A stretch of 64,000 bases of DNA from Myxococcales bacterium (GCA_016794465.1 JAEUKA010000053.1:83999-147998), one strand, 5' to 3'; counted from the stretch's first letter, positions 1-10,415 are shown. The notes: generated from the letters alone by a model not told the origin. Translations and numbers: made by a program.

Positions 1-1
1 G

Positions 2-820
2 GTGCGGGCGAGTCGCTCGTCGAGCACACCGCCGTCGCCACCGCCGGCAGCCGGGCAGCCGCCTGTCCCGGAAAAGGCCGCCTGGAAGTTCGCGGTCGAG
101 GTCTTTGATCCGTCGGTGGGCGACTTTTCGGGCCGTAGCTCGACGGGCTGCGACGACTGTGCGCCGGAGCAAGCCCTGCAGAGCGCGACGACGACGGTCG
201 GGACGGTCTTGCAGCAGGCGGCCAGTCGATCGCGGGGCAGCGTCGAGATCACCTCGCAGCCACCGGGCGCCGATGTCTTCTTGGCCGGTGAGAAGGTCGG
301 CGTGACCCCGTACAAGGCCAGTCGCTTCGTTGGCTCGGTGCCGGTCGAGGTTCGTCTGCTCGGGCGACCGCCGTTTACTGCGCAGCTCAACGTCGAGGCG
401 GGTCAAGTGGCTACCGTCGAAGCGCAGCTGACTACGCCCGGCGACGATGCACCAGAGCCTTCTCCGACGCTACCGCCGCCGCCCCCGAAGGCCATTGTCT
501 ATCGCACCGAGGTGGCGCCGCGTCCGAAGTGGCGACTGGCGCTGGGAGGCAGTCTGATCGGTGCGGGCGCGGTGGTGGCAGGCTTTGGCATTTCGGCGCT
601 GTCCATCGATGGCAATCCGGCTCCGTGTCTCAATGGTGTGACGGTATGTCGGCGGATCTACGACACCAAGTCGGTCGGTCGCGGCCTGGTGGTGCTCGGA
701 GTCGCGGCGGTGGTAGGTGGAGTGGTCACGATCGCCTTGCCCGGTCCCAAGCGACAGGTTCAAGTCACGGCGGCGCTGTCGCCCGAGTCGTTTGGGATGG
801 CGGCGCTGCTGCACTTTTAG
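2..820 (+). CDS. PEGA domain-containing membrane protein (5'-partial, runs off the window edge)
   Basis: Reading frame is open from the window start. The segment 'VEITSQPPGADVFLAGEKVGVTPYKASRFVGSVPVEVRL' is PEGA-like. The C-terminus has hydrophobic TM stretches. Stop at 818-820. Confidence 0.5.
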   Translation: MRASRSSSTPPSPPPAAGQPPVPEKAAWKFAVEVFDPSVGDFSGRSSTGCDDCAPEQALQSATTTVGTVLQQAASRSRGSVEITSQPPGADVFLAGEKVGVTPYKASRFVGSVPVEVRLLGRPPFTAQLNVEAGQVATVEAQLTTPGDDAPEPSPTLPPPPPKAIVYRTEVAPRPKWRLALGGSLIGAGAVVAGFGISALSIDGNPAPCLNGVTVCRRIYDTKSVGRGLVVLGVAAVVGGVVTIALPGPKRQVQVTAALSPESFGMAALLHF

Positions 821-870
821 GCGCTGGGTGACTCGGCTTTTCGATCCTCAAAGACGTGTAGTGTGAAGTC

Positions 871-2973
871 ATGGTGACGCGAGCCAAGCTTCCTGTTGGG
901 TTTGCTGTTTTTGTGGCACTGCTCTCCACTGCCGCCGCTGCTGCTGCCCCTCCACCGCCGGTGGTTGCGGTCAAAAAAGCTCCTGAGCCCGCTGCTGCAA
1001 TCGGGACTGCGCCCTCGCAGGTCACGCTGCCGCTGGCCGATTATCAGCAGCTGGTGGCGCGACCGGCGGTGACGGTGATCGAGACGCTCCGCGTCGAAGG
1101 CAGCTTCGAGCCGCGTAGTCTGTCAGTGACGCTGACGGGGCGGACGGCGGGCAGCGGGCCGACGGTCGAGGTCTTGGCAACCACGGCGGGCACTCGGCTG
1201 TGGGGCTGTGAAGGGGATGCGATCTTGTCGCGGGGCGGATCGGACAAGTACGAGCTGACGCCGCTTGCGCCACGCTTCTCGCTGCGCTGTCAGGTGGCAC
1301 TGCTGGGCGGTGATCGGCTGCAGCTCTCGACCTCGCCGCAGGTGCTGTGGATTGACTCGCAGGTTCGCGACGGTGAGCTGATTCGTGACGAGGAAGACGG
1401 CGGTAAGCAGCGACTGACGGTCGTGCATGTCAGCCGCGACCAGGCGGAAAAAGCGCTGGCGGTGTCGGCGGTGGGTCGCTATCACGTGACGCTGCTACCG
1501 GAAGGAGCGAGCTTTGTCTACACGCTGCTGGTGCGCAATCCCAACCGGGCTCATCAGCGCTTTGCAGTGGCGCCGCGCAGTGGCGAGCGGGTGCAGCGGC
1601 TCGACGCGGCGATCTCGTGCGAGCTGCAGACGGGAGAGTACGGCTGCAACGTGCCACCGGGAGAGCACACCCTGACCTTGCAAGGAAGCCTGCCGTCGAC
1701 GGCGTTTCGTCCGCCGGTACAGGCGAGTGCGCACTATCTGCTGCTCGATAGCCATCCGCTGCTGTGGCCCACCATCGAGACGGCGGTGCAGCGGCTGAGC
1801 GTGAGTGAGACGGGGATGACCCCGCAGTATCGCGGCGCGCAGGGCTTTTTGCTCGAGGATCGGCAGGTGGTGACGTGGCGGATCGGTCGGCTCGAGGCGC
1901 AGCGGACGCAGAGCTATGCGCTGACCTCGGCGGGGACGACGTTCTTCCTGGGCAGCGACGGTCAGGTCGTCGGAGAGACGACGCTGGAGCTGGACAACCA
2001 AGGGGCGGCGGAGCTGCTGTTGCCGATGCGAGCCGAGCCCAGCTATGCCAGCCTGCAGGGCGAGCCGCTGCTGCTGACCAAGAACGAAACCGGGTCGCTG
2101 GTAGTGCCGCTGTCCCAGGGCGCGCAGCGGGTGCAGCTGCAACATCATCAGCAGTTTTCTCGCACGCTGGGGATCGCGATCGGGACGCTGTGGCTGCCCG
2201 AGCTGACGGCGCCGGCGGCCTCGGCGTCGCTGGAGCTTCGTTACGAGCGCTCGTGGCTGCCGCTTTTTGAGGAGTTCTCGCCCGAGGTTCGCTTTCCCGC
2301 CGCGTCGATGGCAGAGCTGTTGCTCTTGCTGCTGCTGATGGGGATTGCCGAGCGACTGCTCAAAGCGCTGGGACTGTCGCCGGGGCTGCGGATTGGCGCG
2401 GTGGTGCTGCTCGGGGCAGCGGCGGCGGCAGCAGCGGTGTTTTTGGTGCTGCTCTGTCTGGGCGAGATGCTCGTCGCTGGACTGTATATCTTGCCGTGGC
2501 TGTTTGGGCAGCGGCGGATGTTCTGGCTGATCATCGGCGGACTGTGCCTTGGGGGAGTGTGGGCGCTGCTCTTCGGGTTGCTGCTCTTCGGGGGGAGGTC
2601 GTCTGACGCGCCGCCGGGTTCGAGCAGCGACGTGGCCTACACCCGCAAGGTCGCCAAGGAATCGAGCGGCTCTGACGAGACGGAAGGCAAGCCCAAGCTG
2701 CCGGCCCCGTCGTATCAGGGACTCCCCCCGCGTGAGACGATTCCGTGGGGAGCGCAGCGCAACCACTTCCATGGCGAGCGACTGGCGAGCGCTGGGCGGC
2801 CAGTGCAGGTGGTGATGCTGTGGCGACCGGCGGTGCAGCTTGTGGGAACCGCGTGTTTCTCGCTGGCGATGCTGCTTTTGGCGCTGCGCGGAGGCCTTCT
2901 GCGGATGGGCGTCAAGACTCGCTGGCGGCGGGTCCTCGAAGCCAAAGCTGCGTCGGAGAGTCCTTCTGCTTGA
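871..2973 (+). CDS. hypothetical secreted/membrane protein (N-terminal signal peptide, C-terminal multi-TM region)
   Basis: 700-aa ORF. N-terminal 'FAVFVALLSTAAAAAA' looks like a signal peptide. There are poly-L and poly-A TM blocks near residues 480-560. Codon usage is typical of a high-GC genome. I recognise no specific family. Confidence 0.45.
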   Translation: MVTRAKLPVGFAVFVALLSTAAAAAAPPPPVVAVKKAPEPAAAIGTAPSQVTLPLADYQQLVARPAVTVIETLRVEGSFEPRSLSVTLTGRTAGSGPTVEVLATTAGTRLWGCEGDAILSRGGSDKYELTPLAPRFSLRCQVALLGGDRLQLSTSPQVLWIDSQVRDGELIRDEEDGGKQRLTVVHVSRDQAEKALAVSAVGRYHVTLLPEGASFVYTLLVRNPNRAHQRFAVAPRSGERVQRLDAAISCELQTGEYGCNVPPGEHTLTLQGSLPSTAFRPPVQASAHYLLLDSHPLLWPTIETAVQRLSVSETGMTPQYRGAQGFLLEDRQVVTWRIGRLEAQRTQSYALTSAGTTFFLGSDGQVVGETTLELDNQGAAELLLPMRAEPSYASLQGEPLLLTKNETGSLVVPLSQGAQRVQLQHHQQFSRTLGIAIGTLWLPELTAPAASASLELRYERSWLPLFEEFSPEVRFPAASMAELLLLLLLMGIAERLLKALGLSPGLRIGAVVLLGAAAAAAAVFLVLLCLGEMLVAGLYILPWLFGQRRMFWLIIGGLCLGGVWALLFGLLLFGGRSSDAPPGSSSDVAYTRKVAKESSGSDETEGKPKLPAPSYQGLPPRETIPWGAQRNHFHGERLASAGRPVQVVMLWRPAVQLVGTACFSLAMLLLALRGGLLRMGVKTRWRRVLEAKAASESPSA

Positions 2974-3008
2974 CAGTGTACGGCTCAGGCTGTTAGGCCC
3001 AGGGCCGC

Positions 3009-3629
3009 ATGCGCATCTACTTTGTTGGTTCCCACGCTACCGGAAAGACCACCATGACTCGCTGGGTCAGCCGTCGCTACGGTCTGCCCATGATCACCGA
3101 GGTCGCTCGCGCTGTCCTTGCCGAGCTAGAGATCGATCTCGACTCGCTACGCACCGACATGGAGCGCGTCAGCGACTACCAAAGGCGGGTCTTCGAGCGT
3201 CAGATTGCGATCGAGCGGCTGCAAGAGAAGGGCTTTGTCTCCGATCGCGCGTTCGACAACCTCGCCTATGCCGCTGAGCACGCGCTGGTCCTCGGTGAGA
3301 TCATGTCCGGGCAGAGCGGCGAAGATGTCCGCAAGTACATGGAGTGGGTCGCCGAAGGAGTGGTGTTTTTCGTGCGACCGCATCGCTCGCTGCTGCGGGA
3401 AGACGGAGTCCGCGCCGGGGTCGATTGGGACTCGGTGGTGCGGATCGATGGCATGGTCAAGCTGCTGCTGGAGCAGTTCCGGATTCCCTATCTGCCGATT
3501 GATACCCCGTCGATGCAGGAGCGTGTGCGCGGCGTCGAGTTTGTACTCGGGCGGCTCGGTCTACAGCAGCAGGTCATCGAGCATGCGCCGCCGCAGCGCA
3601 ACATCGTGACGCTGGTCAAGCGCTCGTAG
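3009..3629 (+). CDS. P-loop NTPase (AAA_28 / NadR-C-terminal-like ATPase)
   Basis: Walker A 'GSHATGKTT' sits at the N-terminus. Size is 206 aa. Confidence 0.5.
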   Translation: MRIYFVGSHATGKTTMTRWVSRRYGLPMITEVARAVLAELEIDLDSLRTDMERVSDYQRRVFERQIAIERLQEKGFVSDRAFDNLAYAAEHALVLGEIMSGQSGEDVRKYMEWVAEGVVFFVRPHRSLLREDGVRAGVDWDSVVRIDGMVKLLLEQFRIPYLPIDTPSMQERVRGVEFVLGRLGLQQQVIEHAPPQRNIVTLVKRS

Positions 3630-3635
3630 GCGGTC

Positions 3636-4352
3636 ATGGCTCGTCGGTCGTCGCCGCCGTCGTCGGCCCATCACCTGCCCACCGTGGTAGAGGAAGTCCT
3701 CGCTGCGATTCCTCCGCTTCAAAAGCCACTCTTGCGCGGGGTGTCGCATCAGATCGCGTTCTTCCTTGCGTTTCCGCTTGCGTACTGGCTGGTTGGGCAG
3801 GCCGTTTCTTCGGAAGGAAGACTCTGCGCGATGATCTACAGTGCGTCGCTGATTGCCCTGTTGGGAGTGAGCGCGCTCTATCATCGCAAGCACTGGCAGC
3901 CGGCGGCGCGCGCCAAGATGAAGCGGCTCGATCACGCCAACATCTTCCTGTTCATCGCCGGCAGCTACACGCCCATTACCGTCGTCGGAGTCGGCGGTTC
4001 CTTTGGCAAGATCTTATGTGCGGTGCTGTGGATCGGGGCGCTGCTCGGAATTGGGCAGACTGTGTTTTGGCCGCAGGCGCCGCGCTGGCTGCATGTCGGA
4101 ATCTACGTCGTGCTGGGCTGGACCGGAGCGCTGGGACTGCCGATGGAGCTGCGCAATCTCGGACTCCAGACGGTCGCGCTGCACGTCGCTGGCGGCATTG
4201 TCTATACCCTGGGCGCGCTGACCTATGCCAAGAAGCGTCCCAATCCGCTGCCGAACGTCTTTGGCTATCACGAGGTCTTTCATCTGCTGGTGCTGATCGC
4301 CTGCGCAGCGCTGTTCGAGGTAGTCAGGCAATGCCTGCTTCATCCCGCGTAG
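3636..4352 (+). CDS. hemolysin III family (PAQR/YqfA-like) channel protein
   Basis: About seven hydrophobic segments. The C-terminal 'GYHEVFHLLVLIA' histidine motif is typical of Hly-III/PAQR. Size is 238 aa. Confidence 0.6.
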   Translation: MARRSSPPSSAHHLPTVVEEVLAAIPPLQKPLLRGVSHQIAFFLAFPLAYWLVGQAVSSEGRLCAMIYSASLIALLGVSALYHRKHWQPAARAKMKRLDHANIFLFIAGSYTPITVVGVGGSFGKILCAVLWIGALLGIGQTVFWPQAPRWLHVGIYVVLGWTGALGLPMELRNLGLQTVALHVAGGIVYTLGALTYAKKRPNPLPNVFGYHEVFHLLVLIACAALFEVVRQCLLHPA

Positions 4353-6025
4353 CGCCGTCCGTTTCGCTCTCTGTTTCGCTGGCTCTTGCGGCGGCACTGC
4401 TGGTCATTCATAGCCTTCAGTTCAACTTCGTCACCGACGATGCGTTCATCTCTTTTGTCTATGCCAAGAACTTGGTGAATCACGGCGCGCTGGTCTTCAA
4501 CTTGGGAGAGCGGGTCGAGGGTTACACCAACTTTTTGTGGACGCTCCTGGTGGCGCTTGGGCTGGCGCTACGGATTCCCGCCGAGCTGTCTTCCCGTGTC
4601 CTGGGAACTCTGTGTGCCGTCGCTACGATGGTATTTTCGGCCTGGCTGTTGCGGCGCCTGCGTGGCGGTTCCTATTCCTTGTGGGACTCGCTGCCGGCGT
4701 GGATCTTGGCGGGAATTCCCGGCTACGCGTGCTGGGCTTCCGGAGGCCTAGAGACGCAGCTCTTTGCCCTCCTGAGTACGCTTGCCATCGGTGGTTATCT
4801 GCATGCCGTGCTGACCGAAAAAGAGGCAGATAAGGCGCCTCTTATTGGTGTCGGAGTCGCGCTGGGCCTGGCGGCGCTAACACGTCCAGAAGGGTATCTG
4901 CTGTGTGCGCTGATCGGTCTGCATCGGCTGACTCTGAAGATCCAGCGGCGCGAGTGGTTGCCGACAAAAGAGGAGTGGAAGATGCTTCTTATTTTCCTTC
5001 TCCTGACGGTGCCGCACATTGTCTGGCGTCGCCTATATTATGGATACTATGTGCCTAATACGTTCTACATCAAGTCATCAGGAGGGCAGGGGACCTGGCA
5101 GCAAGGTGGCTACTATCTGTGGGCGTTTGCGCGCGATTTCAAGCTGTGGGTGCTGCCGCTGCTGTGGTTGTTGGGACTCCTGCGGCCCCTACCTGCATCA
5201 AGCCAGACCGCCATTCCCAACCAGCTTCCACAGTCCCAACAGAGTCCTGTGCTGGCGCAGACTCCGGAGTCATACAAGAGCGGTTACGGACTGTGTGGCG
5301 GACTCCTTTTGCTGTGGGCTGGGCCATTCCTTTTGTACGTCGCTTCCGTCGGTGGTGACTTCATGGGGCTGTATCGGTTTGTGATGCCGATTGTGCCTTT
5401 GGCGGTGCTCGCGGGCGGACTGGGAATCTGGCGACTCCTTCATGATCAACCGCTGCTGCTGCGGGTGGCGGTGCTGCTTTTGGGGGCGGGTCTGCATGGC
5501 GCCAATTCCTATGTGGTGGATCGGCATGCGCTGACGTTTCTTGGTGCCGATCGCGGCATTGATACACCGGGCTATCTGCGTCACTACACGGCGGACCGGG
5601 CGCTGATTGGCAAGTGGCTCGGGCAGCATGTCCAAAAGGATGACTACCAAGTCGTCGGAGGAGCGGGAGCGCAGGTCTATTACGCGGGGATTGCGGCGCT
5701 CGATAGCTTTGGACTGTCCGATGCCTATGTCGCGCATCACGCTCCGGCGGTGTCGAGTCGTCCGGGGCATCAGAAGTTTGCGCCGCTCGACTATGTGCTG
5801 TCGCGGAAGCCGACCATCCTGACCTACAACGTCTACAAGCTGGGCAACGCTCCGTATCGTCCGTCGGCGCAAGAGGAAGCAGAGTGGCGAGCGCGCGGCT
5901 TTCACTACGTCAGCGTGCAGATTCCCGGGCTGTCGCAGCCTTGGTATTCCTTTTTGAAGCGCGTGGATCGGACGCTCGGGCCGCTGCCGTTGGCGTCGGA
6001 CCTGAGCGGCGGAAGCGGTGGCTGA
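4331..6025 (+). CDS. polytopic membrane protein, putative GT-C-type glycosyltransferase
   Basis: The listed ORF 4016..6025 overlaps the upstream gene. The internal ATG at 4331 gives a signal/TM start 'MPASSRVAPSVSLSVSLALAAALLVI'. A 'DDAFISFVYAKN' acidic loop follows TM1, in the way of a GT-C DD/DE motif. There are many TM segments. Confidence 0.4.
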   Translation: MPASSRVAPSVSLSVSLALAAALLVIHSLQFNFVTDDAFISFVYAKNLVNHGALVFNLGERVEGYTNFLWTLLVALGLALRIPAELSSRVLGTLCAVATMVFSAWLLRRLRGGSYSLWDSLPAWILAGIPGYACWASGGLETQLFALLSTLAIGGYLHAVLTEKEADKAPLIGVGVALGLAALTRPEGYLLCALIGLHRLTLKIQRREWLPTKEEWKMLLIFLLLTVPHIVWRRLYYGYYVPNTFYIKSSGGQGTWQQGGYYLWAFARDFKLWVLPLLWLLGLLRPLPASSQTAIPNQLPQSQQSPVLAQTPESYKSGYGLCGGLLLLWAGPFLLYVASVGGDFMGLYRFVMPIVPLAVLAGGLGIWRLLHDQPLLLRVAVLLLGAGLHGANSYVVDRHALTFLGADRGIDTPGYLRHYTADRALIGKWLGQHVQKDDYQVVGGAGAQVYYAGIAALDSFGLSDAYVAHHAPAVSSRPGHQKFAPLDYVLSRKPTILTYNVYKLGNAPYRPSAQEEAEWRARGFHYVSVQIPGLSQPWYSFLKRVDRTLGPLPLASDLSGGSGG

Positions 6026-6091
6026 CAGCGGTCACGATTCGCGCTACAACGCCGACCTGTTTTCAAAACCTCAATCGAGACACACGACCCC

Positions 6092-6760
6092 ATGGAACTG
6101 CTGCGCTGGTTTTTTCACCTGATTCGCAACCCCGAGGACCTGATTGCCTCGGCGATCGCGACGGGATATCCGCTCCTGATCATGATGGCGATCATCTTTG
6201 CCGAGACGGGCGCAATGGTGTTTTTCCTGCCGGGCGACTCGCTGCTGGTGACGGCCGGGGTGTTTGCCGCCAATCCCAAGTACGGACTCGATCTGCTTCA
6301 GATGAACGTCGTGTTGTCGGTGATGGCGGTGCTCGGCGACGCGGTGTCGTACTACATCGGGAGACGGACCGGACCGGCGCTGTTTAATCGGCCCAAGTCG
6401 CGGCTGTTCAACCCCGAGCACATCAAGCAAGCGCACGCGTTTTACGAAAAACACGGCGGCAAGACCATCATCATTGCCCGCTTTATGCCGATCCTGCGCA
6501 CCTTCGTTCCCGTCGCTGCTGGCATTGGCGCGATGACCTACCGACGCTTTGCGCTCTACAACATCATCGGCGCGGTCAGCTGGGTGGTGTCGATGACCTT
6601 GCTCGGCTACTTCCTGGGCACGATGTTTCCCGCCATCGCCAAGCGCATCGAGCTGGTGATCATCTTGGTGGTGTTTGTGTCGATTCTTCCTGCCATCATT
6701 GCGTTTGTGCGCATGAGGCTTGGCAAAAAGGACAGCGACGCGAGCGCTCGTGGGGCGTAG
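6092..6760 (+). CDS. DedA/SNARE-associated (TVP38) family membrane protein
   Basis: Carries the 'VFFLPGDSLLVTAGVFAA' DedA signature. 222 aa with multiple TM segments. Confidence 0.7.
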   Translation: MELLRWFFHLIRNPEDLIASAIATGYPLLIMMAIIFAETGAMVFFLPGDSLLVTAGVFAANPKYGLDLLQMNVVLSVMAVLGDAVSYYIGRRTGPALFNRPKSRLFNPEHIKQAHAFYEKHGGKTIIIARFMPILRTFVPVAAGIGAMTYRRFALYNIIGAVSWVVSMTLLGYFLGTMFPAIAKRIELVIILVVFVSILPAIIAFVRMRLGKKDSDASARGA

Positions 6761-8552
6761 ACCGGACACGGCTCGGCTGGCGGGGCTGCTCGGCGGGCTC
6801 CTGGTTGGCGCGCCGGTCTTCGCGGAAAACAAGCCGCAGCTGCGCAGTCAGTACGAAGAGAAGCTCATTGCCGACGCGCTCGATCGGCGCAAGCTGTCGC
6901 AGCACGAGATCGATCCGCAGCCCGAGGGCAAGCTGATCGAAGAGATCCTGATCGACGCGGGCAAGGTGATCCTGCCGGGGGACTTTCCGCTCTCGCAGTA
7001 CATTCCGTGGACGTGGCTCAATGCGGTGCATGTCCGGACCCGCGACGAGGTAATTGCCCGCGAGCTGCTGTTTCACGTCGGTGAGCCGTTTCGGCGCGAT
7101 GTCTTCGAGGAGAGCGGTCGCAACCTGCGGACGCTGTTCATCCTGTCGGTGGCGCGGCTGGTCGCTTTGCGCGGCTCGACGCCCGACAAGGTCCGCGTGC
7201 TGGTCGTCACCAAAGATCAGTGGAGCCTGCGCCTGAACACCGAGTTTCGCTTCGATCAAGCGCGGCTCGACGTGCTGTCGTTTCAGTTTGCCGAGCACAA
7301 CCTCGCGGGGCGCAACAAGCGGCTGTCAGTCGACTTTGGCTTCGATCCGGGGCGCTTTTCGCTCGGGATGTCGTACAGCGATCCGCGCATCTGGGGCTCG
7401 CGACATCAGCTCAAGCTCATCGGTGGACTGTATCTGTCGCGCGAAACCAGCAACGTCGAGGGTGGCCAGCTCTTCTTTCAGGTCGGCAGGCCGCTGTTTT
7501 CGCTGCGCACCCGCTTTGGCTGGGAGGCCAAGCTCCAGGTGACCAAGGACATCGCGCGCTATTTTTCCGGCGGGGTGATCTATCTGCGCAAGGTCAAAGA
7601 CGAGGACGTTCCCGATGTCTATCGTCGCGAGCAGGTGGCCGGTCAGGTGCAGGTGCAGTACTCGGCGGGGATCGTCCACAAGCTCAACCTTAGCCTCGGC
7701 TGGCGGGTGCAGCATCAGCAGTACAACCTGCCCGACGACTTTCCCGACACGATCAGCGACGCGGCACGCACCGCCTATCGACAGCTGTTGCCACGCAGTG
7801 AGAGCGCGAGCGGCCCGTTTGTTGGACTAAATCTTTTTACGGCGCGCTTCATTCGGCTCAAAGACATCCAGACCTTGGCACTGACGGAGGATCTGCGGCT
7901 CGGCCCGGAGCTGAACCTGGAGCTGCGCTATGCCTGGCACGGCTTCGGCTTTTCGAGCGATTACCTGGAAGCGTCGGGGAGCCTGGCGAGTCAGCACTAC
8001 CTTGGCGACAACCTGTTTTCGTATCAGGTAAACGCGGGCGTGCGACTGCAGTACGGGATCGATCCACGGGGCGCGCTGCTCAATGAGTACTTAACTGCCC
8101 AAGTTCGCGAGATCACACCGGCGGTGGGGCCGCTGCGACTGCACCTGTCGGCCAAGCTGCAGCTGCGCGGTCGGGATCTGGAGCAGCAGCGGATGACGCT
8201 CGGCTCGGACAGTGGCCTGCGCGGGTATGCGCCGCGAGCGATCCAAGGCGGCAGCCTGTATCGCGTGAACGCCGAGCTGCGGACCAAGGGCCTCAATCTG
8301 TGGACGATTCACGTCGGTGGGGTGGTGTTCTACGACGGGGGAGACGCGCCGCCGGTGCTCAATGGCTATCTGCGCGACGGCAGCTACTTTGGGACGACCT
8401 ATCGGCACGATGTTGGCTTTGGGCTGCGCTTGGGTCTGCCACAGTTCAACCGCGAAGTGATCCGGCTCGACCTGGGTTTTCCGCTGGAGTCTCCGTCGCC
8501 CGGCAGTGTCTACGCACCGCGCTTTTCAGCCGAGTTCGGACAGGCGTTCTGA
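6750..8552 (+). CDS. Omp85-family outer-membrane beta-barrel protein (BamA/TamA/TpsB-like)
   Basis: Signal peptide '...LAGLLGGLLVGAPVFAENK'. Beta-rich sequence ending in a C-terminal aromatic residue ('...FGQAF'). The start is uncertain: TTG at 6720 or GTG at 6750. Confidence 0.5.
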   Translation: MGRRPDTARLAGLLGGLLVGAPVFAENKPQLRSQYEEKLIADALDRRKLSQHEIDPQPEGKLIEEILIDAGKVILPGDFPLSQYIPWTWLNAVHVRTRDEVIARELLFHVGEPFRRDVFEESGRNLRTLFILSVARLVALRGSTPDKVRVLVVTKDQWSLRLNTEFRFDQARLDVLSFQFAEHNLAGRNKRLSVDFGFDPGRFSLGMSYSDPRIWGSRHQLKLIGGLYLSRETSNVEGGQLFFQVGRPLFSLRTRFGWEAKLQVTKDIARYFSGGVIYLRKVKDEDVPDVYRREQVAGQVQVQYSAGIVHKLNLSLGWRVQHQQYNLPDDFPDTISDAARTAYRQLLPRSESASGPFVGLNLFTARFIRLKDIQTLALTEDLRLGPELNLELRYAWHGFGFSSDYLEASGSLASQHYLGDNLFSYQVNAGVRLQYGIDPRGALLNEYLTAQVREITPAVGPLRLHLSAKLQLRGRDLEQQRMTLGSDSGLRGYAPRAIQGGSLYRVNAELRTKGLNLWTIHVGGVVFYDGGDAPPVLNGYLRDGSYFGTTYRHDVGFGLRLGLPQFNREVIRLDLGFPLESPSPGSVYAPRFSAEFGQAF

Positions 8553-8626
8553 AGACTTCCCAAAAGTCAAAAAAACGCGCTTGCGACATCGCGGCAGCGT
8601 GCTCCACACTGCGCGATAGAGCGAGA

Positions 8627-10204
8627 ATGAAACACGGTTCCTCGGTGGCCAAGCTTGCCACTTCACGCACAAGTGTTCGATCAAGACGAGCGCCTCGGCC
8701 TCGTGCTCAGCAGCTGATCGAGAGGAACTCGCAGAGACGATCCAACGACGAGAGTGGCTTCACTCCGTCTCGCAAGCTGGGGCTGCGGGCACTGATTGCT
8801 ACGACGTTCTTTGTCGTCTCGGGCGGGCCGTACGGGCTCGAGGAGATCGTCTCGGGTCATGGCTTCGGCGGAGCGCTGCTGCTGCTCACCATCGTGCCGT
8901 TCATCTGGAGCCTGCCGATTACGCTGATGGTCGGTGAGCTGACGGCGGCGCTGCCGAGCGAAGGTGGTTATTACGCCTGGGCACGACGGGCGCTCGGACC
9001 GTTTTGGGGTGTACAGACGGCGTGGATGGCGCTGGCGATGAGCCTGTTCGACATGGCGATCTACCCGATGCTGGTGGTGACCTATCTGGGGCAGCTGTTT
9101 CCGGCGCTGACCGACTCTGCGGTGGGTGGAGCCGGCTGGTACGCGGCGCTTTCGATGATTGGCCTGTCGGTGTGGTGGAACCTGCGGGGCACCCGTGCCG
9201 TCGGAATTGCCAGTCAGCTGATGGCGGCGGCGCTGCTTCTGCCGTTTGTCATTCTCGTCGCCATTGCGCTCAGTGGACTTGGTCCGGTCACGATGTCCGA
9301 CGGGCTCACGCAGCATCTGCACATTCGCTCGCACAGCGACGGTACGGTCATGCCGTGGATCAACGGGATCTTGCTGTGTCTGTGGAACTACATGGGCTGG
9401 GAGAACGCCTCGCCCGTCGCCACCGAGGTCGAGAATCCGCAGCGAACCTATCCACGCGCGATGCTGTTGACGGTGCTGCTCGTCGCGGGCTGCTATGTGG
9501 TGCCGGTGCTGTGCGGGGTGGCCAGCGGGCTGCCGACGGACGAGTGGACGACGGGCAGCTGGGTCGAGGTTGGTCGCCGGCTTGGTGGACCGTATCTGGC
9601 CGTGGCGATAGCGATAGGCGGAGCGCTGTGTGGGCTCGGGATGTTCAATGCGCTCGTCGGAAGCTACTCGCGGCTGCCGCTGGCGATGGCCCGGGACGGA
9701 ATCTTGCCCAAGTGGCTGGGTCGCAAAGATCCGCAGACCGGCGCGCCGCGTCGCAGCATCCTGTTTGCGGCGGTGCTGTATACCGCGTGCCTGGGGCTGG
9801 GCTTTCAACGCCTGGTGCAGATCGACGTGATGCTGTATGGCGCGCTGGTGGTGCTGGAGTTCGTGTCGCTGATCGTCCTGCGCATTCGTGAGCCGGCGCT
9901 GCTGCGGCCGTTCCGAATGCCGGGTGGAATCGTCGGTGCGGCGCTGCTGGGGTCGATGCCGGTGGCGCTGCTCGGACTGTCGCTGTGGTACGGTCGCCAC
10001 GAGTCGGGCATGTGGGGTCTGTCGGCGGTGACGATCGGGGCTTTGGTGATCGCGCTGGGGCCGGTGTTCTATCTGCTCTCGTGGGGGCTTTCGCGATCTC
10101 GACGGAGTCAGTTGCGGACGGTTACGATCCCGCCCAGCAGCCCTCCAGTCACGCCGCTGCTACCGCCCGTACCGTCGACGCCTAACTTCTCATCTCTTCG
10201 TTGA
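8627..10204 (+). CDS. APC-superfamily amino acid permease
   Basis: ATG at 8627 lies inside the longer ORF 8300..10204, whose N-terminus overlaps the upstream gene. About 12 TM segments. 'TTFFVVSGGPYGLEEIVSG' and '...GGYYAWARRALGPFWG' are typical of amino acid/polyamine transporters. Confidence 0.65.
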   Translation: MKHGSSVAKLATSRTSVRSRRAPRPRAQQLIERNSQRRSNDESGFTPSRKLGLRALIATTFFVVSGGPYGLEEIVSGHGFGGALLLLTIVPFIWSLPITLMVGELTAALPSEGGYYAWARRALGPFWGVQTAWMALAMSLFDMAIYPMLVVTYLGQLFPALTDSAVGGAGWYAALSMIGLSVWWNLRGTRAVGIASQLMAAALLLPFVILVAIALSGLGPVTMSDGLTQHLHIRSHSDGTVMPWINGILLCLWNYMGWENASPVATEVENPQRTYPRAMLLTVLLVAGCYVVPVLCGVASGLPTDEWTTGSWVEVGRRLGGPYLAVAIAIGGALCGLGMFNALVGSYSRLPLAMARDGILPKWLGRKDPQTGAPRRSILFAAVLYTACLGLGFQRLVQIDVMLYGALVVLEFVSLIVLRIREPALLRPFRMPGGIVGAALLGSMPVALLGLSLWYGRHESGMWGLSAVTIGALVIALGPVFYLLSWGLSRSRRSQLRTVTIPPSSPPVTPLLPPVPSTPNFSSLR

Positions 10205-10415
10205 CAGCACATGCCGCTTGCCGTACCGTGATGTGGCTGTAACCAACCAAGATTCGTCCTGAGCAGCTTCTATCGTCATTATCCACACAACCAGCAGTTG
10301 ATTCCCTAAACGCTAGGGCAGACGTCTGCAAGACGAAGCGCGGCCACTTGGGTCAGCGCTGTCAATCGTCTTCGGTCGGCCCTACTTTCGCCCATCCAAC
10401 CGAGGAACGAACCCG
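10205..10415 (+). promoter_or_regulatory. long leader/promoter region upstream of rho
   Basis: 211-bp non-coding gap. 'ttgaca' at 10201-10206. 'gaggaa' RBS sits 8 nt before the rho ATG. rho genes typically have long autoregulatory leaders. Confidence 0.3.

Noticed and set aside
1495-2772. 425-aa minus-strand ORF antisense to the 871..2973 gene (R/Q/P-rich)
   Set aside because: Antisense long ORFs are expected in ~70% GC DNA because stop codons are rare. The composition is Arg/Pro/Gln-biased and there is no recognisable domain. The sense-strand gene has a coherent signal peptide and TM architecture.
4016-4330. N-terminal 105 codons of the listed ORF 4016..6025
   Set aside because: Overlaps the hemolysin-III gene in another frame and is R/A/G-rich. 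The ATG at 4331 gives a proper hydrophobic N-terminus.
8300-8626. N-terminal extension of the listed ORF 8300..10204
   Set aside because: Overlaps the 3' end of the Omp85 gene. The ATG at 8627 precedes the transporter core.
8681-10000. 439-aa minus-strand ORF antisense to the APC permease
   Set aside because: Low-complexity R/H/Q/P-rich translation. The opposite strand encodes a clean 12-TM transporter.
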